From NCBI RefSeq assembly GCF_000981445.1, contig NC_027218.1, positions 2,046,001 through 2,110,000 on the forward strand: DNA of 64,000 bases. The letters run 5' to 3'. Made by a program: the position numbers and the translations under genes. The stretch is from Babesia bigemina. Taxonomy: Eukaryota. Below the pieces are notes generated by a model. It was not told the DNA's origin. It saw only the letters and a list, made by a program, of their open reading frames with translations, and searched no databases. Below are positions 46,235 to 60,889 of this stretch, piece by piece; within the stretch, counting starts at the first letter, position 1; the number at the start of each line of letters is the position of its first letter.

Positions 46235-49094
46235 CGTTCAGAATCGAGAGACCACGATGTGATTGATCGTATGGAATTGCATATGCAATTCGAGGCTGCA
46301 GACCCCGACTCCTGCGAAAATGCTGTTAGCGCCAGTTAGTCGGCATACAATTTTCTAATTCCCCCAACTACATTAGATACACTTGTGCAAGCTGACGGAT
46401 GTATTTCTATGTAATGCCAAAATTGGCATTTGCCTCGCTCACCGATTCCCAACCTTCGGCGTCTAGACACCCAGAATTGCAATCCACTTTAGGTCTGGGC
46501 TGAAACTTCTCAACTACATTCGAGTGTTTAGAGGCAAAAATGAATATCCGCGACTTACGAAATTATGGAGGTAATATTCACATCGAATCATCTCCAGATC
46601 ATATAAAATTATTGATCTATCCCATTACTTCCACAGTCCTCTAATCTGACAAAGTGCGTCTTCCCGACACTTTAATGGAAGCATTAGTTGGAGCGATTGT
46701 AGATAACCATCTCGTGCATATCAGCAGCAGGCGTGGTAATGAAAATGCTACTACCACCTCGCCTTCACAAGTAGTGGAATCCTCGATGTGATAGATGAAG
46801 ACGCAATGTTGATATGGCGCATACCAAATTTAGCAGTGAATACGGACCTCGGAGAAAAGCAACTGTATGAGTTAAGAGCGGTGAAGGGGTAGGCGGACGA
46901 ATATGGAAACGATGGATCGCACAAGCCAACCCGGAGAGGAGAACACCACTTAATGAAGCAACATTACTCGTATGAGATCGGAGGAATAACACCAGAATCG
47001 TGTCGTTATCCGAATCGCCAGCGAAGATAACCTGGTGGAGACGGGCATATCCAAGATAAGTAAGCATCAGGGCCCGGTGGAGAAACTCTAAAGAAAAACA
47101 TTCAGCTAGCAAACGAAGTATATGATTGTACCACTCGTATTGAGCCGAATGAAATCCAATGAATAACAAAATACTGTGAATGCCATTCGTGCCCAGTCAG
47201 GACGGATGATACCAGTAGTGTTCGGCAACGGATCGACGTGGAGCACTCAACTTATACCAACAATGTGACGGGCAACCTTCAATAAGCATTGAAATCGTCC
47301 CAACCTAAAGATAGTCACATATCACACCATAAAATGAGATAACATAATAATAATAAGCTAAACGTGGGTGAATTATATCGGTAATTTCGAAGTGCTACTT
47401 TTTAGGTCTCACCAGACTCAGACGCAGCTTGGTGGGATGGCAGGGGCAAGGAGCTAGTGCGTCGTATGGGAATTTCAAGTACCAGGGTGGTTGTTTAGCA
47501 TGTTTAAAGTGGGAAGAACGCTGGAAGAGTGTGACTAAGGTTTGACGACTTCACACGTCAATTAGAAGTTCGATCTCATTAAGGTTGAGATGTGACACTT
47601 AGTGTCTGAATTCGTCTTTCTGTGTTAACATCACCATCATATAGGGAAGGGGTCGATTACGAAAACTGTGTTTGTAAATCGCAAATTATAAATTGTCAGC
47701 TGACGTGGCCGGTTGGGTGGCACAATGCTACTACCAGGCAGCGGGCACGTAGGGTATCAAACATAAAGTGACAATCTTGGTATATGCAGAAATTTGTGTT
47801 CACAAGCTCGAACACTTGGCATCAAGTAATTCGCCACCCTCAATGCCTTAGGTGTTCAAAACACTGAACTGCACTGCAGATGGCACCTACTAGGGATTAA
47901 ACCGATTGCAATCATGCAACTATCTAACCTAGTTCCGTTCACATCTTGTAAGACATTCGGTGATGCTGTATCTTGGCGGTGCCAGGGTGGCAAAGGCTTG
48001 CAAGCCTGAGGCATGTGGCTAAGTTAATGTTGGCTCAATAAAAAATAGACTCCAGCCCATTTGCATTGCTTTATGTGTAACTATATCTAGCTGTAAGGCT
48101 TATATCAGAGTCCAGACACGTAATTGACTGGTGTTCAGGTTCTGGGTACTGCAGTTGCGGTGACATGGTATACACAGTAAACAGCACGCATTGCTCTTCC
48201 AGGCACAGATGCGTTTTGCTTACACATAGGCTTCATTGCGTAGATTGAATACGCCACATATGAGCGGAAGGTGAATGACCTGTCGTCTCCGTTTAAATGG
48301 CGTGGATACGTTACAAGTTCACGCGAAATCGACAAACCCTACGTCGCCTTTCCATTTCTACCATCTCGCACTCCCCCGCTCAGTTTACGAAGCGTCCTTG
48401 CAACGTGAAAGTTGTGCGTCACGCTATGCACGGAAACAGTTATACGCAACCTAGCACAAGAACCAACGAACAGACTAACGTATAACACAACGGCACAAAT
48501 CGCTGACATCAAACATTATTTAAACCTCGCAACACCAGTCATGCTAATAGTAAATGTGAGAGTCCGGAATCCCTTACTTAGGACCGGTACGACTGGTGCA
48601 AATTATTCAAAACGGTGTAGCGACCCCTCAAGTCGTAAAATAGCCCACTTTGACTGCACTGCCATGGCGTTTCGCTGGAAATGTATGTGACTAATGACTC
48701 TGTAACCCAGTTGAATTACCAGCCCTACGAAACAATACGGCTCTAGTGAAAACTTTGCTTGACTACCTAGATGAGCGCCTTCCATAGGTGCCAATGGATA
48801 TATGGGCGGTCCAGCACGAAGTTTATGAATGGTGCGGATTCACTATTTGTCAAAGCCATGTTCAACATTATCCGTCGCCCTGTATTGGGAATGAAATACT
48901 TGTCGACGGTGGCACGGTTTGCAAAGACATTTGCAGATCTAACCGTCAACCACATCGAAGACGAACGTAATATATCGTGACATTAGCATTAGCACTAAAC
49001 ATATATTTTCAATGATGCTACACAAGTGATGTTTAATGCTCCAAAACCCGTGTATGTCCGACGCGTTTCGAGGCTCGCGCAGCAGTACTGTGAA

Positions 49095-50631
49095 TCACGA
49101 TTCGCTTTTAGCTTCGGATGCTGGGTTTTTATGTTTCTCATTATTACTTTTAACCACATCCTTATCTTTTTCATACCTACAAAACAAGGCAATATAACAA
49201 ACAGTGTTTAACAATGTGCCCGCCAATATAATGTACATCATAGATTTTCTTAGAGCTTCGGCATTTCTGTCCTTGATATCTGTAGCCATGGTTTCAAATG
49301 ACTCCCTAGAGGGTACGTAACCGAACACCTTTTCGGTCAAATATGCGGAAACTTGGAATAGAATTACACTACTCGCAATGCCAGATATAGTTCGAACCAT
49401 CGCAGACGCTGTTGCCTGATACTTATTTTCCACTGCACTTTTCAAAAGTGCCCTATCCACACCACCAACTGTAACTAGTGTACCCCCGAGCGTTGCCAAC
49501 TCCACGTAATGATACCAAAGCAACTTACCACATGGTGCTTTTCCTAAAAAGAATACCAGACATACGACTAGTCTTACCACCATCACGGCGATCCCAGAAC
49601 CAATTTCAGCATAATAGTGGCTGTAGTTCCCCGCAATTTTGTCTATAATCTTCCCGCCAGCTCCACTTCCCGCTGCACCACCAATCAATGTAACCGCAAT
49701 TGCAACCCCTGCCATTGTGTCGGATACTCCCAGATATTGCAGGTATATTGTCATATAATTAAATGCGGACATCGGAGCTTCCGCGATGAATAGTGTGAAT
49801 ATTAATATCCACGTCGTTGGCCTAGTGAAAGCTTGTTCAAACGCCTCGGATATAAGTTTCTGAAATTCTTGAGATCTAGAAACATCATCCCTGGCCTTGT
49901 TCATTCCAAATACAATGGCCGTGCCAAACAATATCCAGACGTACCCCAACACAACGTAAGAGGTCCGCCAGCCATAATATCCCAATAATACTTTGCGTGC
50001 AATAAGCGTGGTTATCACTGCGCACAGCAATCGTCCAATACAATTTAGAGCCTGAAATGTCGTGAATTTCGTACTAGCTTGTGAGTTTTTGGGTTTCAGT
50101 GATGTCCCTTGTGTCTGTGCAGGGCCTGAAGCGGTTGAACCAAGTGAGCTTTGTGGTTTCTTTTCTTCTTCTGAACTAGTTGTATCAGAAACAATCTTTT
50201 GTTGAACGGGATAGACGCATGCGAATCCAAAGCCATGTAGGAAACGCAAGAATAGAATCTAAGAAACCATTAATACAGTACGAATTGCAACTTACCACTT
50301 TGTAGCGAGATGCAGAACTTAGAAAAATGGAGGAGATGCCCATCACTAACAGACCGCCACCAAGTACCAATTTCGAATCATACTTGTCTGCAAGAACTCC
50401 CCAAATCAAGCAACAGCCCATGCGCGACATAGTAGACACGGTTGCCAACGTTGACAGCTGAGACTGAGAAAACCCCAAAGTTAATTCGAAAGCCCTCATA
50501 CACATGGAAAGCACCTGTTGATCGTAGCCTTCGAAAAAAGACACGAGCTTGTACAGTGCTCTTCCTAACAACGTATACTCAAGTTTGTTATTCGTAGTTT
50601 GAGCTGAGTTTTCTTGCACCCGGCCTTCCAT
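49095..50631 (-). CDS. MFS transporter (duplicate)
   Basis: Identical to 18417-19953. Confidence 0.9.
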
Positions 50632-51007
50632 TTTTGTTACATTAGTACAATCTTGGTCTTTTCCAACTTATTTTTTAAAAACGCTTGTAGGTATCTCATA
50701 ACATATGCATCATAAGGGGAAAATCAAAATGTGATATCATATATGGTAACGTGTCGTAACACTCATTGCGACCAAATCGAGTTGCATAAGACTACACACA
50801 AAAGATCGCCTGTGTACGACAACACAAGCGGTATATACGTCGGAACTGTTATCCGTAATTCGTTCCACCCCAGCATGATAAACGTGTTAATCTAACGAAA
50901 AGTGGGAAAAAACACAAAATATATCTTTTATTGTGAATAAGTAAAATGTATGCCGCAATGTTTTAAAAATATGTGCGTAACGAGTATACGAGCCGACAGA
51001 TTCAACG

Positions 51008-51648
51008 CTGGCTTACTGCCTTCGCCTACCTTTGCAATGTGTTCCAAGTTGTACAGGGTGATACAAGTTGTTGCATTCTGTTAGTGCCGCTTTTTGCACC
51101 TATTTATGGCCAATTACCCATATCACATCAGTATTGGCCTCAAGTTCCACAATACTTGGCCACTTCGTCGCGAGGTGGTCCACGTTCTTGCCGTTGTTGC
51201 ATCTTGTGCATTTCTTGGACGAAGCCATCCATTGCAGATTCCTGTCCTGGACCTCCGCTGCCTTCGCTTCTTCCTCCGGAATGAGTATTCCACACGTTAG
51301 GTACAACGGCGACGCCTCGATGTCCAGCATGGGGTCCTAACGCTTGGCATACAGAGCCTTATGAGTTGATTTTACGTGCATTCTGTTGTACAGCCATTTG
51401 TTTTGGGCCACCCTGAGGTCCCTGAGGCTCTTGTCCGTCGTGTCCTCCACTCCGAATTCCATTCCATATCTCCCTTCCAGGTGCATCTTGATGTGAGATA
51501 TGTGCGCGTAGGTGTCGCGGAAGTGATGCATTATTACAGTCTTCAACCCCGATATAACATGACCTGTTGAGACTTACCTCATCATGGACGAGTTATTGTG
51601 GACACTTGTCCACCTACCTCCATGGTAGGCTGCCGTAACGCACCTGCA
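51008..51648 (-). mobile_element. Non-LTR retrotransposon relic (duplicate)
   Basis: Identical to 20330-20970. Confidence 0.65.
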
Positions 51649-51742
51649 CTTGTGAAAACAAAATTATTAGGGCATGCAAAAATACTCATAACAATATTGA
51701 CGGAGAATGGGTGGGTTAAGGTTCGGTATACACCGCACAAAA

Positions 51743-52153
51743 TCAGATGTTGAATTTGGTTTCCAGCAGCGAATGCAGCCCCCCTATTCCAAATTCATGG
51801 CGAGGCTTCTCGACGTTCATATACTCGTAAGACTCGAGCGAATCCAGCTTGTCCATCAAAATCTCGACGGACAACATGCTGCTCTTCATACCGGGGAGAC
51901 GTGTGGATTTCGAGCACGTGTTCAGCTCGATGGAGTTCTTGAGCGCCGCTTGGTAACCCAGCGTCTTCTGCAAACGCTCAGACTTCGCCATCTCCTCTTT
52001 CATAAGGTTCTTGCAGTCGATGTCGTGCATCGGATGCACAGACAGCGTGTCGCCGTACGCTGTCCTCACGCCGCTTCCGTCCAATGGGCAGTAAGGAAAG
52101 TTGTTCAGGTCGATGTTGACCGACGACAAAGCACTTGTGTCCCTCATTGTCAT
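51743..52153 (-). CDS. UMP1: UMP1 (duplicate)
   Basis: Identical to 21065-21475. Confidence 0.8.
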   Translation of the reverse strand: MTMRDTSALSSVNIDLNNFPYCPLDGSGVRTAYGDTLSVHPMHDIDCKNLMKEEMAKSERLQKTLGYQAALKNSIELNTCSKSTRLPGMKSSMLSVEILMDKLDSLESYEYMNVEKPRHEFGIGGLHSLLETKFNI

Positions 52154-53171
52154 ATTTTGTTTAATACGATATAATAAAACGTCCGGTGGCAATACGCTCG
52201 GTCGCGGACGGCGAACAGAGCGGGCCTTTAGTCTGCCTGGCCTGTAAAACGCAACCACAAAGGCGCGCAAATAGCAGACAACAGTATCCCACCTGGCAAT
52301 ATATATGTTTAGGTAACACACCCTACGTCGTGGGAGGTGTGTTTACAAATGAACTCGGGAAATTGTGTAACGTGGGTGGCGACGGCGAAGCGACCACGAT
52401 GCCGGGCACACATCAAGGGTCGATAGCACGTGAGCCACGGTTATCGCCCGTCAACGGTGCAGTAAACCGTTATGTGTGCTAATTTACATTAAGTCGTGCC
52501 GACTAGGACCAAGAAACCTATTAAGATGCAGGCATAAGAACAACAGTGACGCACGACAGCCGATGCAGGCTACACAACCATACCGCAGTACACCTAATAT
52601 AACTACGGTATAGCTCAGTTAGTATATAACTGATCTGTTGGCGCGATAAAATGTGCTGAGATGCCACCTTCTATAAGATGTTGTATGGTGTCTCGTAGTG
52701 GCTACGCCGACGACGCCATCGCCACTATTGGCGACTGTAAACACGCATAGCTGCGCTGAATGATGTGTGAACAATGCGTTAAGAAACACTGGGTGTACGT
52801 GGGTGGCTTCTACTGCCAGAGCGGGACCGCTGAACTCCTCCCCATTACATCTCGACGCGCCCCAGGGGAGGCCCCTCGCTCAAGCTCGCGAACCACTGGA
52901 AATCAACGCATAACGGGTACACTGCTCGCTACAGCATTTCTTTAAGGTGAGTTTACTGCATATGGTGGGTGTAAATCTCCTTTCACTTCGTTGTTTCGCG
53001 CGCTCCGTCACACAGCGTGCGCCAAACGGCGGCGCACGACCTTAATTAACGCGTTTACAGGCCAACTCCAGCCGCGTTGCACATTTAGTTATTATTTGCC
53101 GTGTTTCTAGCTGCTAATACGACCCCTCACATCTTGCTGCAGATTGCCACATACGCCACAGTTGTTACGAG

Positions 53172-53637
53172 ATGGCTCTCAAGTACGTTTCGAGCTACCT
53201 GCTCGCCGTCGCTAGCGGCAACGAAAGCCCGAGTGTCGCGGACCTCAAGAAGATTCTCGACGCCGTTGGGTCGGAGGTCGACGATGACTGCCTGGAAGGT
53301 CTCGTCGCGTCCATGAGCGGCAAGACCGTCCACGAGGTTAGTGATCGCCATGTTTTCTACGCCCTGTTGTGACAATGGCTGCATCGAGTGCTGTTGTGAT
53401 TTTCGATGCGCCACTATAAGAGTGGTCGTTCATAACATCCTGTATACCAATGCTAATGCCACGCAGACGATCGCAGCCGGTATGGAGAAGCTCCAGAGCG
53501 TGCCCACTGGTGGTGTGGCTGCCGCACCTGCCGGCGGAGCTGCCCCCGCTGCAGGTGACGCGCCCGCTGAGTCCAAGAAGGCCGAGCCTGAGCCCGAAGA
53601 GGAGGAGGATGACATGGGTTTCTCACTATTCGACTGA
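53172..53637 (+). CDS. RPLP2: 60S acidic ribosomal protein P2 (duplicate)
   Basis: Identical to 22494-22959. Confidence 0.95.
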
Positions 53638-53896
53638 GCTATATAGCCTATATGGAAATCGCTGCATACGGATGACTACCCGCAGAGGAGTGTCGCCTAC
53701 GATAACACGCGTTTTAAGCTGCATTCGATTTGGTGATATCGCGCTGGAGCGTTCCAGCGGCTTGTATTGGTGTGTGAGTGTGTATGTTCGTAGGTGCTGC
53801 TTGGAGCGCACATTAGCTTGCAGTACGTGAGTTTTAGTCGTTATTCAGAGCTCAATAGAGCAGAACTCAAAGAGCTGAATAGCGTATGACGCGATA

Positions 53897-55215
53897 ATGG
53901 CGGCATCCGCGCAGCATTTGCGTGACTTTATCGCACGAGTTGGAGGTGAGATTCCGGCCGATTAGCACGTCTGGACAAATCCTGTGGTCGTCTGGCGGCA
54001 TTTAGACACTCTTATAAAACTGTTAATGCTTATCCAGGCGAGAGCCGCCTCGCGATAGTCGCTTCCGGCGGCACGTGTGTGCCGCTCGACCGCTGCGGGG
54101 TCAGGTTTATGGACAACTTCTCGACGGGGCGCAGAGGGTCATGCATCGCCGAGTAAGTCCCCTAACGATGAGTGTTGCTTCTATTGAAGCACGTGGTCAT
54201 CTTATACAGAGAGTTGCTGCGGCACAATTACCATGTTGTCTTCGTCTACAGGGAGGGCACCTGCAGACCATTCCTAAGGGATGCTATCGGATGGGGCGAC
54301 GATCTGGCCCTTATGGACGGATTGGGACTTTTGGATGATGGATCTATCAGACGTAGGTTCATATGTTGCGTAATTAACGAACGCAGTCGTGCCGCCGGAA
54401 TCACACCAGGAATCTGTACGCACAGCCCTAGCCAACTACCGCCAGGTATCACCGCACGTGGTTACCCATAGATCGTTCACAGTACAAGGATAAGCTGGTG
54501 GTCCTTAAATTCCGCACTATGTGGGAGTATCGCAACGTTATAGAGTGGGTTATCGTGCATGCGTGCTTACGTAGTACAGGCAGCTGAGTCACGACACCAA
54601 GCACCTGGGGGCGAACGTTATTTGGTTCCTCACCGCGGCAGTCATGGACTTCGAGATTCCAGATGCACAAATGGTACGTCATATGTGCCAATTACAGTGC
54701 CACTGCTTTAACACCATCTTAGCAGTGGGTTATTGTCCTTCACTACAGATGACAGTCCATCTGACATTTCGCGAAACACCGAAACATCATTGTACAGCCT
54801 CAGAACAAGGTGCCGTCAAATGCTCCCATGAACATTACCCTAATGCCCACTCCTAAAATCAGGTACCGTGGAGCCGTGTCGAAATCACAGTTACCAGGAA
54901 TATTGTGCGCGGCATAATAGGGAAAGCGCCGACCATGTGCTGTTTTAAACTGGAGACGGATCCGAACGTGCTCATCCAGAGGGCCAAAGTGCTGCTCGAT
55001 GAGCCTACCATGGCGGACGCCGTCGTTGCCAACATACTGGATCAACGATACGACCGAGTGGAGATAGTATTTCCCGATAGTACGTCCAAAAAAATCGACG
55101 CTAAGGTATGGCATGGCGGGGTGATACTCACCGAATGTTGCAGAAAGAGAGCATTGAGAAGGAGATTGTAGACGCACTGATACAGGTGCACCATAGAAAG
55201 GCATCACGCTGTTAG
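53897..55215 (+). CDS. PPCS: PPC synthetase (duplicate)
   Basis: Identical to 23219-24537. Confidence 0.85.
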
Positions 55216-55367
55216 ACTCGAAAACGTGAAACATACCGTATTCTTGGGTTTAATTCGTATGTGTATTGTTGGTAGAGTGTGCCTCGGGGGGCTTGACTGG
55301 GCCCAATAATACAAACCAAAGGAAAAAGTGACATGGCAATAAAAGCGCCATCTGCGGCACTGCCGCT

Positions 55368-56517
55368 TCATAGCAGGCCCTCATTTCGAACGGGTTTTGT
55401 GCCTCCCAAACGGGACTCCGCAACGAGTTTGTCGACCTTGGACAGCTGGATCTGGAATGCTGGCACCTGAAGGTGGCCGCATGAGCACCGGCGGCCATAC
55501 CAGCAATAGTATCCCAGCTTGGATGAACACCGCGTGTTTTTGCACATTATCTTACCGGTTTGGGAGTCCACGTCGTTCATCCAGTCCATTGGCTCCACAA
55601 ACACGCTGCTGCACGGTTCGCTGGCAGCATCGCGGGAATCTGCAACGCCCTCGTGTTGGATGACATTATACCCGTAGAACAAGGTCTGCCGGCATTTTGC
55701 GCAGCTGTACACAGTTCCATTGTCAGCCTCGGAGTTTGGGTCGCGGCACTTTGCTTCGTATTCCTCCGGTTTATCTAGATCGATGTGGCGGATCAGGTGG
55801 ATATACTCGCTCCAGAACACGTCACGGTTGGGTACCTCGAAACCGTGCTTGTAGAATAAAAGTAGCTGGCACATAAAACCTGCACTAGGAGATGCGATGG
55901 GGTGAACGCTCTTGAGCTGCTTGATCACACTGGTGAACGTTGTGTCCTGCTTCTTCATCAGGTAGGCGCACACCAACGAGCAACTCCGCGACATTCCCAT
56001 CATGCTGCAATAGAGTTAAACGCAAAATCCACGACACTGACCAATGAACGAAGGTGGAGCCGTTGCAGAGGGTGCTCACAGCCTCCACGAAATCGAACGC
56101 GAACGGGAAGGCCCTAAACAGTTTTTCGTTGGAAGCGTCCTCGGCGTTCACGACCATGTGGAGCACGTAAGTGCTCTGGTTTTCATCCGAATCGGGTTCA
56201 GACGCCTGATGAGCTCGGTAGTGCGGGATACGATCTACGTGTAAGTTGATATAGTCACTGTCGAAGCGGGGCGACTTGATCAAATGCGAGTAGGCAGCGC
56301 TTTCGTGACCGTCGCACTGATAGAAGCAACCGGCAGACTCGCTGCACCATTCCGGCGCATCAAAACATGCTGATATCACGCCTCGAAGATTATCGGGTGC
56401 GCTGCCGGACTCAAACCTGTTGGGGGGGCGGCGATCCGGCGGCAGTCGCACATCGTCGAAGAGACGATGTGCCGTGTAAAGGTCGCCAACGTAGAGGCCG
56501 TCAACCACCCGAGACAT
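55368..56517 (-). CDS. YVH1/DUSP12-like phosphatase (duplicate)
   Basis: Identical to 24690-25839. Confidence 0.9.
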
Positions 56518-57009
56518 CGTTCTGCCTTTGTGCCAGAGACTCAAAAGGCAAGGGCCTAACATAAGATGTCACTGTTTTGCGCGATCCGCACAGCTCGCAC
56601 ACGATGGCAAGGAATCCACTACCGCGTCGGCTGTTAGAACTTGAGAATCGGTAGATCCTGTTCACGGTGTTTTGCCAACACGACACTCAGACCCACAGAA
56701 TGAATTTGACGAGTAGAAGGTCAATGAACCGTTACAACTTTCTTTGTTGGAGCACTACTGTGGTTGGCGCGCCTGGGTGAATGCGGCGTACGACACCCAA
56801 CAACGGCGGCATTTACACGTAATACTCTACACAGCACTCATTTGAACACGTTTCTAAGCATATCTGTGGCGAGCTTCCAGCATCTCTGCCTGAGGCACGG
56901 GAAGGAGGCACGAATTAGAGCTATACACAGCACACACGGAGGGATCGGATAAGGGCGTTGCCCACTTTTTTCGCCCTAAGGGCTCTCAAGTGTTGGGAGG
57001 ATCAGTATC

Positions 57010-58310
57010 ATGGATAAGTTTTCGCGGGAAGAAAGGGAAGAATACCAGCACTTTGTAAACGTTGTGTACGCGTTTCTGTCGTACAGGAACGATGGATCTA
57101 TCGATGCGGAACGCATATATAGGTCTATGCAGATGCTATCTGCTGACGACAGGGAGCTGCTCATCGAGCAGCCCGGCGTTCGCGTGATGAAGATCATTCA
57201 CGCACTCATCAAAAATCAGAGCTTCATCAACACCATGTTGAGCTGCTTGTCTGGATGCAATATAAACGACGAAGCTGACGACTATGATCCCATGGCTCCA
57301 GACCAATCCCCCCAAAGTAGCGAGGGTGGCGATCCCGATAAGGAGCGTCTGATGGACAACCTAAGGAAGGTCGTCAGGAATGCGCCTTTCTGGCAGATGC
57401 CGAAGGAAGTCGCCGACTCAGAAATCGTGCCGACGCAAGACCAAGAAATTCTCTCAAGAAACGCACACTGGGTCAGAACAACGCTGCGACAGTTCGTCCG
57501 CGACTGGTCGGAGGAGGGCGCCGAGGAGCGCGAGCAAGCGTTTGCGCCACTACTGGAAAGCCTGCAGCGGCATGTGCCGATCGACAACCCGGAAAAGCCA
57601 CCGAGGTGAGTTCTAAAGCAGAGGAGTGTGGCTCCCATTAAAAACGACAATGACATTTTTACAGGGTACTGTGCCCTGGATGTGGGCTGGGACGGCTGCC
57701 GTACGAAGCTGTGCGGCTCGGGTACGACAGCCAGGGAAACGAATTCTCGTCGTTCATGCTAATTGGGGCGTATTTTGCAACCAACTATATGACCAAGAAG
57801 AACTGCTTCAAACTGTACCCTTACTGCCTCTCGACAAGCAACCGGGTCAAGCACGAGGACCAAATGTTCACCTGCCACCTGCCGGACGTGGCGCCGGCAG
57901 AACACGATATGAAGCGTGACTTCAGCATGTGCACAGGAGAATTCACGGATGTATACGCCACTGTGGAGACGCCATTCGATGCAGTCTTGACATGTTTCTT
58001 TCTCGACACGGCCAAAAACGCAATCGAGTACATACGCACATGCGCGAGGGCGCTGCGCCGTGGGGGACTGTGGGCCAACATAGGCCCTTTGTTGTACCAT
58101 TACGCCGACTTCAACCACAACTCGGTCGAGTTTTCATGGGAGGAGCTCAGGAAGATCATCTCGACATGGTTCGATTTCGTGCGCGAGGAGTGGCGAGACG
58201 CAAACTACACGTCTAACAAACGCAGCATGATGAAGACTAACTACAAGTGTATATACTTCGAGGCCATACGCAACGACGTGGAGGTCTATGGAGAATCAAA
58301 ACGATTTTAA
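57010..58310 (+). CDS. N2227/CARNMT1-like methyltransferase (duplicate)
   Basis: Identical to 26332-27632. Confidence 0.9.
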
Positions 58311-58711
58311 GGAAAAGAAGGCGAACAGCACGGAGCCTTTTGTATTTGTAGGTAATGTAGCAACCGTGGGAGCCGAGGAACGCGGAAGCGGCTCCATTCC
58401 GTACCACGGTTAGTAAATGGATTTTAAGGGTGAGACCAAACGGCTGATGTGCCGACGAAAGTGTTAGTGGTAGCGCCGCTCTCCGCAGTGTCCACAATCA
58501 AACTGCAAAGGCCGATGACGGCCAATTTATCACGTAATTATCATATTTGTTGTAACCGAGTTCGCACTTGCTATGTGTATTCACTCAGGCGTCGCGTCAC
58601 CGCCGGTATGCGGCGTCTAACGTCGGCACAGTGGCCTTCCACGTCAAAAACAACTGCGCCAAGAATGATAGACACGGCGATATTATCGCCTACGTGATCG
58701 CTCGGGGTGGT

Positions 58712-59545
58712 ATGTGTTCGCCTCGGAGGTGTTACTGTATCGCAAACGGCCGACGCGGTACACGCACATGTATAGCGAAGGCGCCGCTACTGCCCGGCAA
58801 TCGCATTATCATCCTAGCCGCCATATTTATCGCATTAATACACGGTGTTGAGGCGCTTAGTAGGCGCATAGACCGGTCTACAGCGTCACCGTTGGCCGCA
58901 GGACCCAGATTCCACTGGCGTGCAACGGCGTTCGTGGATTCGTCGACACATCAGGCACCTCGGCACAGGACCGGTCCCGTATTCGCCCAGCGCTGGAAAT
59001 ACACGAGAGTCACACTCCTCAAAGACACGCCGCATGTGGGCAAAGCAGGCGAAGTTGCCATCGTCAATCGCAATTACGCTTTCAATTACCTCGTGCCCTT
59101 CGGATTCGCCAGATACACAACACGCGCCGAACTGATAGGGATCGTGCTCGACACGGAATACAAGGAAGCGCTAGCGAATGTCAGGAAGTCCAGCGCGGTG
59201 CACATGAAAGCGAGGTTTGGAAATGACACAGTGCTGCCATTTGAAACTCCAGCGCAGTCAGATGGGTCTAACCTGCTCGTCTCACCGCTCCTTCCCATCG
59301 ATATCATCGATAAGATGAGGGAAAAGAAACTGCTGCTGGCTGTAGACATGCTAAGAGAGCAAGATATTAAAATCCTGACTGATACGGGGACCATCACCGA
59401 ATTCGGCGTGTACAAGGTCCAATTGAACGTGGACCCAGAAATAGATATCCAAATCACTGCTGACGTTAAGGAGAAGCCGTTAGACACATCTTTTCTGAAA
59501 GACGTGGTGCCGTCGGAATCCAGCCAGGAGCCTCCGTCAGACTGA
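58712..59545 (+). CDS. rpl9: Apicoplast-type 50S L9 (duplicate)
   Basis: Identical to 28034-28867. Confidence 0.8.
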   Translation: MCSPRRCYCIANGRRGTRTCIAKAPLLPGNRIIILAAIFIALIHGVEALSRRIDRSTASPLAAGPRFHWRATAFVDSSTHQAPRHRTGPVFAQRWKYTRVTLLKDTPHVGKAGEVAIVNRNYAFNYLVPFGFARYTTRAELIGIVLDTEYKEALANVRKSSAVHMKARFGNDTVLPFETPAQSDGSNLLVSPLLPIDIIDKMREKKLLLAVDMLREQDIKILTDTGTITEFGVYKVQLNVDPEIDIQITADVKEKPLDTSFLKDVVPSESSQEPPSD

Positions 59546-59586
59546 GGAATCGCTTTGGGACGACTAATTGATTTGTCGAAGGATTA

Positions 59587-60626
59587 ATGCTTATAGAGCA
59601 CAACATGCCCAATATCTGCATAAAGATGCAGTCGCTTGTATGCAGGTATGGTGGATGCTGCACCATATGGGAAAGTTGGTGGCAACAGGCAACGCTGTCA
59701 TCATTCCATACATATCGGAAGGCTTCACACGAACGTGGTATTTGGAGAGTCGCGCCTAATACCGTGCACTGCCACGAAACTAACAATTATGGCCATTGTG
59801 GTAGCTTTGATAAAAGGTTTTCGCACCACTCAGCCCAGCGGGGGAAGTACTATACCAACCGGTTTTACATGAAAAAGTGTAAAGCATGCGCCTTGTGGAA
59901 CAACTTGTCAGTGATGCAGTGCGTCCACTGCCTCACGGCTCTGGGGGACGAGGACATCAGGCTGCGCGTAGTTGACCCCCTGTGTCGGACCGCCAACTCA
60001 AGAAGAGGGGAAACTGAGAATGGGACCGTCGAATACGTCATGTTACACCGGTGCTTTGACTTCACGATCATGGTGCACCCACAGCCCTCGGCGGCGATAC
60101 ACCTCTCAGCTGTGCCCAACGGAACCTTCTACGACATCAAGAACTTCAGGAAGACCCACGTCCCCATGATCACCAAAATGAAGTCCCGCTGCGACGCTAT
60201 TATACACGACGTTATAACCGGCCACGCTGGGCCTGATTACCTAAAGAATAGCGTGTCAGTTAACCATCTACGAGGGATCATCCAGGCCCCCCAACGTGGA
60301 TCGAAGAGGCGAAAAGTCAGTGATATAGTCTCGGAAGCCATATACGGGTTCAATTACCCCAACAACTTCTCCCACGTCGGAATGCACGCCATTGTGCCCC
60401 CAATAAAGTGCTTCAACCTGTTCAAGAGCCCATTTTTCTACCCACTGTCAAAGGTGCTATCGGACCTCGAGCACCTATCCCAAGTGAAGGCATACACGGC
60501 GGACGAGGCGAAGCAGCTGTAGGTCACGCGATCCACTAGCTCATTACGTTCAGGTATGAAAAAGACATCATCATGGAAGAGATTGTGGACATAGACGCTA
60601 CCTTCAGGGCACAATACGGTTTCTGA
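59587..60626 (+). CDS. Zn-ribbon/HIT-like protein (duplicate)
   Basis: Identical to 28909-29948. Confidence 0.6.
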
Positions 60627-60889
60627 AGCCAAGGTGGTTGGCACTACTTAACAGCTGGCTTACAAACACGCACACCAGGCACCATGCTCTGCGTAAATGC
60701 AATTGTGATGCGTTGGAAATATGGCTCAATGGTACCTCTGCGTACCAGAATAGCAAATGTGGAGTGCTGTTCTAGTACGCACTAGTGCTCACATCACACC
60801 GCTGCGTTGTTGCAGTCAACTAGAGCATCATACAGTTACACTCGTAGCTTGCGTTAATATATTACAGTCACTGCTAGTCAAACAACCCA